Shown here piece after piece: positions 54,502 to 64,000 of a stretch of 64,000 bases of DNA. Each line of letters begins with the position of its first letter. Position 1 is the first letter of the stretch. Under the pieces are notes generated by a model. The model was not told the DNA's origin. It worked only from the letters and a program-made list of their open reading frames with translations, and searched no databases. The DNA is from Salpingoeca rosetta (lineage: Eukaryota > Protista > Choanoflagellata). The position numbers and the translations under genes were made by a program. The stretch spans positions 1,221,679 to 1,285,678 of the forward strand of contig JAWQFM010000016.1 of assembly GCA_033442325.1 (NCBI GenBank), in the 5' to 3' direction.

Positions 54502-55080
54502 ATGCTGTCAAGACGACAGGGCGACAAGGGCGGCGCAGTGCTGGTGGCTCGCCACCGCCGTGCACATCATGGTGGACGTGAGTGCTGCCCCTGTGTTGCC
54601 CCTGCGTTGCTTGGCAAGCACGCCAACGAGTAGCCGACGTTGATTGATGATGCATCCTGTTGCCCTGTTCCCTTCTCCTCATACCCACTCAATCGCGTCG
54701 CATGGTGCCGCATGTAACGATCAACACCACTCTCCCACTGCCAGGGCGCGGTGGGCTGGTGAGCATGGAGCAGTACCTGCGCGATGACATCCCATGCTGC
54801 AGCCCAGCTTGCAGCAGTGACACGTGTGCAGAGGCTCTGGCCCTCGCACCAAACGCTGTGCTGCTCCCTGAGAACGCCACGCACTACATGGTCCCCGACG
54901 ACGAGGTGAGCCTGCCGTCAGTGCCAGCTGCTTTACCTTTTTTCGTTTGCGCGCACTTGCGTGCTCACACGCACAGACACGCGCACACAGGCACACAGTG
55001 CCTGTCTCTCCCCAAACATACGCACACACACACACGCACACAGTGCCTGTCTCTCCCCAAACATACGCACACACACACAC

Positions 55081-55153
<73 letters not shown>

Positions 55154-56454
55154 CCTGCGCAGGTGGCGCGGAGGTTTCCTGCACTGCTGCAACATCCGGA
55201 TCTTACGGGCGTCATCTTGATGCAGGTGAGGGTCAGGGTAAGCACGAAGTGGTGAAGGTGCCCTTGATGTTCGTCCCAACACCACCATTCCACGTGAACC
55301 AAACGACTCACGACCCTGCATACCACTGACCCCATACCTCGTCTTTGCTCTTCAGACATGCCTGAGGATGGTGAAATCGGCGTGCTCTCGCAGACAGCAC
55401 ACACAGCTCGCCAAGCACTTCCGAGACAAACGCAGTCAATCCATCATCTTTCGCAACGAGGTATGCTCCCCCTGTACTTGACTCGATCGGCGTAAGTGTT
55501 ACCCAACACACACACACACGCACGCACACGCACCAGCTGACTGTTGTGGTTCTTCTCTGGATGCAGAACCACGCAGCAACGTGGCGGGAGAGACACGCAA
55601 ACGAATCAGCACACGCGCACGCCTTGCGGCTGGCAAGGGCGACAGCATCGTGGTACACCACCCACCTCAACAATAAGGTGCTGTATTGTGCTGGCGTGAC
55701 CTGTCCATAGGAGTGCCTTTCCTCGATCCCGCTTGCTTTCCTCCTCACACACGTATTCTCTGACTGTGTGCCTCCGTCACACGCACACACGCACACACAC
55801 ACACGCGCACACGCGCACACACACGCACGCACTCACAAACGCACGCCATACTCTTGCCTCACCTTCCTCCACCTCTGCTGGTCTCCTCCACAGGTGCGTG
55901 TGGTCATCGTGACGTACACACACGGCACAGCAGCACAAGGACAAGAAGATGTGCGTGTTGGTGGCACTAGCGACGACCATGATGGCCGTGTGCATGTGCT
56001 TGATCTTCGTGCATACATCGAGCAATTCCACAGCAACAGCCCAACGCTACTTGACGACTTTGCAGCAATGGAGGCTGAGTTGTCTGTCGACGATGACAGT
56101 TGTGACGGCCAACGCACACCGCAGATTGGTGCTGGTGTCGGTGGTGGCGCACGTGCGAATGAGCTGGGGTTCACAGAGTATCTCAGCACCAGCGCCATTA
56201 TTGCCGGCATTAACACTGGCGAGTTTGTCCGCGGCCGCATCCACGTCTTCAAGTGCGTGCAGATGTGTGTGTGTGCGTGTGTGTGCGTGTGTGTGTGTGC
56301 GTGTGTGTGCGTGTGTGTGTGGAGGCTGCTGATCTGTGTGGTTTGGTGGTGTTGTCGGTGATGTTGTTACTTCAGCGACATGTGTGCAAACTGAGCAGCA
56401 CATGTGAGTCTTCACCTGCTCACGTCCGGCTTGTGTACCCGTCACTCGCCGCCT

Positions 56455-56546
<92 letters not shown>

Positions 56547-59159
56547 CATTACGTCAGGTCCTCGTTGTTCCGTTTGACTCGCGTCTTCCGTTTATTCGCG
56601 TGGCGACAACATCCCCGGCGGCACTTGAGGTGATGCAATAACGGCATACATGGCGATGACGCAACTTTGTTGTTTCTGACAATGACGGCAAACAACATGT
56701 GACTCACATCACATCACATCACATCACACTTCACGCACGCACGTCCACTCCTAATCGATCAAACCACCGGCTCCCGTTCATCATGCGTGTGCGCGTGCGT
56801 GTTGGGTTATCAGAACAAGCGTCTTGTCGTGCGCATTGACTCGTGGCCGGTTGCGTCTCGCTTCCCAAATGGACACATCACGGAGATTTTGGGAAACGCA
56901 GGTCGGCCCGTGCTGTTGTGACTGTTTGTGTGGCGATACCTGTGGTGTGGTGGCTGTGGCAGCAGTGCTTACACATGTGCGCACACTTTCGCGCGCGCGT
57001 GCGAGTGTGTGCATGCGTGTGCGCATCATTCTGAGGTGAGTGATGGTTCACAGTCATTTGAGGGGTGGGGCTTTGTGCTTTCTACAGGCGACGTCGCTAC
57101 AGAGACGAAGTGTCTGCTGATTGAGAACACAATTTCCGTCCCGCCCTTCTCCACGGCACAGGTGCATCATGCGGCAATATGCTTTGTCGCACACACACAC
57201 ACACGCACACACACACAGGCAACGCACACACACACACACACAATACGCACACACACACACACACAGACAGGCAACGCACATACACGCGTATGCAGACACA
57301 CACGCACACACTCACAACCACACTGCAACCACCACACGTGCCCACCACTCACTCCACTATTGCAGCTGCGTGAGATGCCTGTGAACACGCGTGAACGTCC
57401 GTGGAGGATGGCCGATGACGAAATCAGGCGCCGTCGTGACATTCGCCACTCCCATCTCGTGTTCAGGTGGCGCCTCCTGCCTGATACGTGTTGTGTGTGT
57501 GTGTGTGTATGTGTGGCGCGTGTTGTGCGTGCGTGTGTGCGTGTGTGCGTGAGTGCGTGAGAGAGAGAGAGTATGTGTGTGTGCATGTGTGTGCATGTGT
57601 GTGGGGGTGATGTGTGGTGTGAATGTGTGAAACGTTGCTGCCTGTCTGTCGTCGTGCTTTGGTGCGCACCACCATCGCCTTTCTTGTGATTGTTTCCCCC
57701 CTTTAAAAACCAAGAGCGCTTCAAGCCACCAGCCTGCTGCCGGCACCCCTTTCCACTCACACCCGCGCCAACCTGCCCACTGCCCCTTTGTCACGACCGC
57801 AGCATCGATCCCCTCGGATGCGAGGATGTGGACGATGCACTTGGCGTGCGTCGTCTCGACAACGGAAACATTGAGCTCTCCGTCCACATTGCAGACGTGT
57901 CGTACTTTGTGACCCCAAACACATTCACAGATGCAGAGGCTCGTGCACGTGGCACCACAGGTGACAGCTTGCGTGAACATGTGTGCGTGTGTGAGTGCGT
58001 GAGCATGCGTGGTGTCAGTGTAATTGCATTGCATTCACTCGCGACATGCACCACCACCTCACCACCACCACCACCATCACCTGCCTGTCGTGCAGTTTAT
58101 CTTGTGAATGGTCGCCACGACATGTTGCCGGTCGTCCTCAGCGCTGACCTCTGCTCGCTCCTCGCCGACCAGGACAGGTACACTGGGCGTTGTCGTTTTG
58201 CTCTCTCTCTCTCTCTGTGTTGATGTGTTGACGTGTGTGAAGTGTTGTGTGCATGCTTGTGACTGTGTAGTGCGTTTGTGTTTGCATCTCTGTGCAAACA
58301 TGGGCATGCGCTTGCGTTTTTCGTTTCGCAACTGCGGCCTTGCTTGAATTCAAGCTCACCCACGCACCCACGCACACATGCACGTGTCTTGTTCACCCCT
58401 GCACGCACGTGTGTCTTGTTCATCTCTGTCGCTTCATCCGTGTGCCATCTACCGGTGCCAGGTATGCCATGTCTGTGTTCTGGGAGCTCGACAGCGAGCG
58501 CAACGTCGTGTCGACGTGGTTTGGCCGCACCGTCATCCGCTCCTCGTATCAGGTGATGACGCAGACGTACGGGGCGGAGGGAGGCCGTTGTGTGTCGTGT
58601 TGTTGCTCAGGGTTGTGTTGCGTGGGTGGCTGGGGAAAGGGGATGCTTGGGTGATGGTGTGGGCAGGTTCTTGCGCAATCACAATCTCAATCACAATCAC
58701 AACCCAAATCACAACCCAAATCACACAATCACAACCCAAAATCACAACCACAACCACAGTCACAACCCAAATCACAGCCACAACCACAATCACAACCCAA
58801 ACTACAATTACACAGACACACAACACACGCGCACACACGCGTTCCAGCATCTTTCACGAGCAAAATTGTGAACATGTTCTCACGCGCCGCTGTGCACAAC
58901 CGTTGTGCGGTGTTGCCTCAATCTACTGTTTGCTGTCACTGTTGACAGCTGCATTATGAACTGGCACAGGCGATCTTTGATGGACTTCCGGACCAAAACG
59001 CCATTGAGCAGTTGCCAAAGCTGGCAAAAATGTCGTCACATGACGCCACAAAGCGGTGAGCGATACACGCAACACTCTATGGTCGTGCCCTGGCTTGCTG
59101 CTGTTGTTCGTTCACGTGAGGTTTATTGTGTGCAAACCAAACCCTCACCTGTCACACAC

Positions 59160-59213
<54 letters not shown>

Positions 59214-59331
59214 CAGGCTTGCGCGGCTTCGCGACGCCATCTCGCTGCTGATCACGACTGCGCGGGCGTTGAAGGCGAAGAGAGCTGACGCGGGCGGACT
59301 TGAGCTGGAGAGCGATGAGGTGCGATTCAAG
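54502..59331 (+). CDS. DIS3L: DIS3-like exonuclease 1 (PIN, CSD, RNB), incomplete in this assembly: most of CSD1, the RNB C-terminal half and S1 are absent
   Basis: [15 protein letters not shown]; THYMVPD; [12 protein letters not shown]; SIIFRNE; [15 protein letters not shown]; [17 protein letters not shown]; [11 protein letters not shown]...[12 protein letters not shown]|[14 protein letters not shown] (RNB catalytic Asp cluster); [14 protein letters not shown]; [13 protein letters not shown]. The EMPVNT...SHLVFSID and LSADLCSL segments match recalled DIS3L rather than DIS3. Confidence 0.85.
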
Positions 59332-59554
59332 GTGTCCACATCGGACCCGGCCGCCGTCCAGTTCCACAGACACAAAAACACACACACACACACACACACG
59401 CACACATACACGCACACACACACACACAAAGACACGCTCGCACGCCCAGATTGTTGAAGTTGCACGCGTTCGCCACTGAAGATACCTTCTACTGCTTCCC
59501 GCGTCTCCATCAACCCTTCCTCACACAACACACACACAACACACACACACACAC

Positions 59555-59613
<59 letters not shown>

Positions 59614-60158
59614 ACATACACACACATCAACACACAAAGACACGCTCGCACGCCCATGTGCCACCACTGTTCATGGCGTACCGTGAGCAGCTGCTTGTTG
59701 TGCGTCATGTTGAGTGTGTGGGCGTGTGGGCGTGCGTGCGTGGGGTTGAGGTTGGTTGTTTGCTGTGTTGTCCTCCTCCAAACAGCAAGCTGGATGAAGT
59801 TTTGGCGATTTGCAATGATACCCGTGAATAGCCAAGCCATGGATGAATGACGAATATCATTAGCCAACAATCCGCAAGGCACAGCTCCTCTCCGCTGCTG
59901 TGCTGTGTGTTTGTGTGTCTTTTGTTTTTTGCGTTGGCGACGGCGGGACTGACAAGAAGGGCGCGCGAATAAACGCCACAACCACAAACCACTGCTCTGC
60001 TGCTGTGCAAGCTCGTACTCGCGAACACTGTCTGGCATCCGCTATCACGCCTGCTGATACCCCTTCCACTTCAAGACAAGAGAAGGCAACGAAAGGAAGG
60101 CAGAAGAAGGTGAGCGTTGTTGCTGTTGCGACTGTCCTTCTTCTCGTCCACATTCCAC

Positions 60159-60191
<33 letters not shown>

Positions 60192-61209
60192 CAGCACACA
60201 CAACACAAAGACGACAGTGTTTCAATCGTGGTCATACGGACCAGCAGACCCAACCCTCTCAAACGCTGCACACATTCCACCGCACAGACCCACACCTACA
60301 CATGAGCACACACGAGCACACGCACACACATACACACACACACACACGATTCCCAAAGCACAGTGTGCATGCATGCATCGTTTCATCCCCCTCTTCGTTG
60401 CCTGTCTGCGCGCACACACACACACGCACACACATGCACATACACGGTGCACTGCCAATCATGCCGCAAGTCAGCAGCTTGCTCGCTTCCTCCTCCTCCT
60501 CACTTGTTGCGAGAAACTCACCACCTGCCTGCTCCAACCAAACCGCGCACACACAATTCCTTCTCCATTTCCCCGCCCCCACCACACCGTGCACACAATA
60601 TCCATCCCACTCCTGGTTGGGTGCTACCAACACACCTCCCTCAACCGCGCCTTGATCCATCGATCCACCGATCCATTTGGTTGGTCGGTTTGCTGTGGTG
60701 GGTTGGTTGGTGTGCGGCATTGCTCCCTCTGTGTGCTTCACAACCAACCACCCTTATCGCTCCCTCACTTGCTTTCTGCACACCTTGCGTCGTGGCGTGC
60801 CACGTCGCCTGCCTGCCGTCCATTTCTCTCCTCCCTGTCCATCTCTCCCCTCCTTTGCGTGCCTCTGTGTGCCTCTGTGTGCTTCTGGCTTTGTGCTGTT
60901 GCTCGTGCGCCACGCAATTGTCTCCTCGACCACCACCATCACCACCACCACCACCACCACCACCGTCAATACCGCCATCACCTCCTCGTGATTCTCACTT
61001 TCGCCGCTCACTTTCCATCATCGCCTCTTACTTCTCACAACCGTCATCGTCTCCTCGGCTTCCTTCCTCTCCACAACCAACCCGGCTGTCGTGGGACCAT
61101 GTTTGCGCCACCCCAGCAGGCCCGTCCAAACCGGAGCGTCCGCAGCAACACCACACGCGCACACACTGCCGTGAGCACTGCCAGCAACGTCACAGCCAAC
61201 TCCATCACC

Positions 61210-61744
61210 ATGCCGTTTGAGGTTGCCGTCTCCGATGTCCACAGCTTTCCTGGCATTGGCTGGGACACACGTCCTCGCTACTCCTCCCGCACCCTCGTGG
61301 TGAGTGCGTGTTGAGTGTGTGAGTGCATGTGTTTGTGTGTTTGTGTGTTTGAGCGTGTTTGTGTGTGTGAGTGTGAGTGTATGTGTATGTGGGGTATGTG
61401 CGTATGCGGTGTGTGCGTGCGTGTGTGTGTGTGTGTGCGCGTGCTTTGCGTGGTCGTTTGCCGTCCGCTTTCTGACCTGTCTGGCGCCACTCCTGTCTGG
61501 CTTCACCGATGCTCATCAGGGCCATTGGGATGAGGAGCGCAACAACTCGAGCATCATTGGCGGCCTTCCCGATCGCACAGGTGCGCGCATGGTGGATGAG
61601 ACAAAGGACAAAGGGTTGCGGCTGCTGGTGTCGGTGGTGCTCGCAGTCACTGTTGCGTTGTGTCGCCTTGATGTGGATTCCCTCGTGCCGACGCGACCAA
61701 CGCCTGAAACACCCTGAACCGCAACCGCTCACCTCCTCCAACAC

Positions 61745-61794
<50 letters not shown>

Positions 61795-62982
61795 TCGCAT
61801 GCAGGGGAGACGTGGGCCAGCACGACGCAGTTGTCGTACTCGCAGCCGCTGTCCTCGGCATCGCTGCGCTCCACAGCATCGGCGTCCCGTGCTGAGAACA
61901 GAACCATGTCCCTCACAAACCGCCACAAGCTCGAGAGCGTGCACAGCACCATCACCCTCAACCGCTCCGCGCCGCCGTCTGTCTTCCGTCCAAACGCCAG
62001 CGCACCGGCCACCCTTGGGCGCGCAAGCAAGGTGCGCACACGTGTGTGTGCTTATGCTTGTGCTTGTGCTTGTGCTTGTGCTCGTGTCGTGAACGCGTGC
62101 ATGCATTTGTCTGTTGTGGAGTAGATGTGCGCGCGTGTGTGTGTCTTATTTTGCACGCGTTTGTTTGTTTCTATCGCGCGCATGTACGTCAACCATATCC
62201 TGCCATCCTGCCATCCTGCCATCCTGCCATCCTGCCATCCGTAACCCCCGCCACTGCCCGTTATCACGACGTGTGTTCTGCTGCCACTCCTCAGATCCCA
62301 TCGTTGACGGGCTCGCGCGTGTACAACCGCTTCACGGGCCGCTGGGAGCCCGAGCCCATCGACGTGGCGCCAGCACGTGAGTTGCTCATGCTGTGTATCG
62401 CATGACATGTGGGCTCTATTTGCACTGTTGCGTGTGTGTGTGCATGTGCATGTGTGTGTGTGTGTGGCGAGTGTACTGTGTTTGCTCATTTATCTTGCAA
62501 CCTCACTCACAACCAAATCATACACACACACGCACACACACACGCACACAAACACCCTTACGCGCGCGTATAGCGGTGAAGACGACGCGGCTGCGCGATT
62601 CGCTGCGCAAGAAGTGGGCGGCAGAGACGGCGGCAGAGCGCGCATCGGCATACACCTCAACCACGCGCGAGGCATACAAGCTCCCGCCCATCCAGCCTTC
62701 AACCTCATCGGTATGTTTGATGCATCTGTGCGTGTGTTTGCATGAGCGTGTGTGTGTGTGCATGTGTGTGTGTGTTTGTGTCATGATGCGCGCGCCTTTG
62801 AGGTCTTCCAACCTCACCAATCTCACTGTTATCACACACGCACACACATACTCTCACTCACTCACTCACCACCTCTCTCCTCTCCTCTCCTCTCCTTTTC
62901 ACCTCAGTTCAAGCGGACTGCCACCTTCACCTCCACCACCATCCCCAACGTGCTCACGCGTGACCACCGCGTTCACAAGTGA
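61210..62982 (+). CDS. CFAP107: Cilia- and flagella-associated protein 107-like (C1orf158) microtubule inner protein; alternative start at 61099
   Basis: PGIGWDTRPRYSSRTLV|GHWDEER matches the recalled W...KYSTKVLTGNWMEER motif; RVYNRFTGRWEPEPID matches RTWN....WLPEKSD; YTSTTREAYKLPP is near the C-terminus. Six GT-AG exons end RDHRVHK*. Confidence 0.72.
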
Positions 62983-64000
62983 CACGGCACGGCGTCTTTT
63001 CTTTGACACGCGTCGTGCTATGCTCTCTCTCTCTCTCTCGATCTTTCCCCTCCCATCTACTTCATCCATTCCATCCCCGGCGCTCACTGGAAGTTCTTCG
63101 TCTCTTGGATGTCTTCTCGTTGTCTTTGGCCCAGTGCCAGTCTGCATTTCTTTCACAAACACGCGAACGCGCATACACTCGTGTGAGCTCATGTGCGCGT
63201 GTGCAACGTGTGGGCGCTTCGTGCTGCCTTCTGTCCTAATCATCCAATCTTGTTACTGCTGTATGTGTGAGTGCATGTGTGTGTGTCTGTATGTCTATGA
63301 TTTATTGTGGTTTTACATTGCGTCGCCCGCCCTCTTCTCCCCGTCACATTGTCTGCCTGCCTGCCCGTTTTTGCTTCTCTGCATGCATCACATCACGCAT
63401 GAATGCGTATCTTGGTTTGCCTTGCTGGTCTTGCTTTACCCCACCCCCTCTTGCCTTCTTTCTCCTCTTCGCTTCTCGTGGTATCTGTCATCTCGCCTCG
63501 CCTGCTTGTCTCGTTCGTCTCTTGTTTGGCCCATGGTGTGGTTGTAGGCATGCTGCTGGTTCAGTTGTTGCTTCGTCATGGCTTCTTTCTTGGTGTGTGG
63601 ATGCGTGCGCACTGTAGTGTGGTGTTGTCGTCTTGTATCTGTGCGTGTGTGTGCTTGTGTTCATGTGTGTGTGTGTTTGTTTATGTGCGTGTGTTTGTTT
63701 ACGTGCGCGTGTGTGCTTGTGTTCATGTGCGTGTTTGCGTTCGTGTTCATGTGCATGTGCGAGTTCGTGTTTGTGTGCGCATCCACCCCTTCTCTCTTTC
63801 TCTCTCTTCGTGTCAGGGATCGTAAGCCGTCATCATCATACACCATCTCAACTTCAACACAGAACACAAACACAGCACAGCAGAGCGGTTTGGAAGCGAG
63901 GTGGAGGAAGGGAGAGTTGATCGTCAACGCGAAAAAGAAGGATTCATCAAGGACGAAAAGGAAGACAGGCACAACGCATGCACAAGACACCCACCCACCC

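Noticed and set aside
58678-58810. (ATCACA)/(ACCCAAATCAC)-type repeat resembling interstitial telomere or a Thr/Ile-rich exon
   Set aside because: Not a TTAGGG array; it lies in a DIS3L intron whose flanking exons join in frame (SSYQ|LHYE).
62983-64000. Long ORFs such as 62393-63547 downstream of CFAP107
   Set aside because: Low-complexity CT/GT-rich sequence with no recognisable exon content; likely UTR, intron or intergenic.

Overview
Eukaryotic, gene-dense, intron-rich DNA with (CA)n/(GT)n, (AAAC)n, (CAC)n and (CAA)n microsatellites in nearly every intron. This composition plus a holozoan-type receptor tyrosine kinase and ciliary genes points to a choanoflagellate, most like Salpingoeca rosetta (inference). 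Most ORFs in the supplied track are microsatellite artefacts, so gene models were rebuilt by hand from GT-AG exons. Twelve genes are supported, in order: GARNL3-like RapGAP-CNH protein (-); a kinase-less single-pass receptor/adaptor with 19 tail tyrosines including 4 YDVP (-); a He_PIG/EGF receptor tyrosine kinase interrupted by a 210-N gap (-); a small secreted/ER protein ending REDL (+); a ~29-exon fusion of two fascin-like beta-trefoils, an acidic coiled coil and a full annexin core (-); a PH-domain protein (+); a membrane-anchored GST-like protein (+); AXDND1 (-) head-to-head with ARMC9 (+); an intronless orphan (+); a truncated DIS3L (+); and CFAP107 (+). The most novel candidates are the beta-trefoil-annexin fusion and the co-oriented RTK / Cas-like transmembrane adaptor / RapGAP cluster. 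Family assignments come from recalled motifs, not database searches. No rRNA, tRNA, CRISPR array or transposon was recognised.
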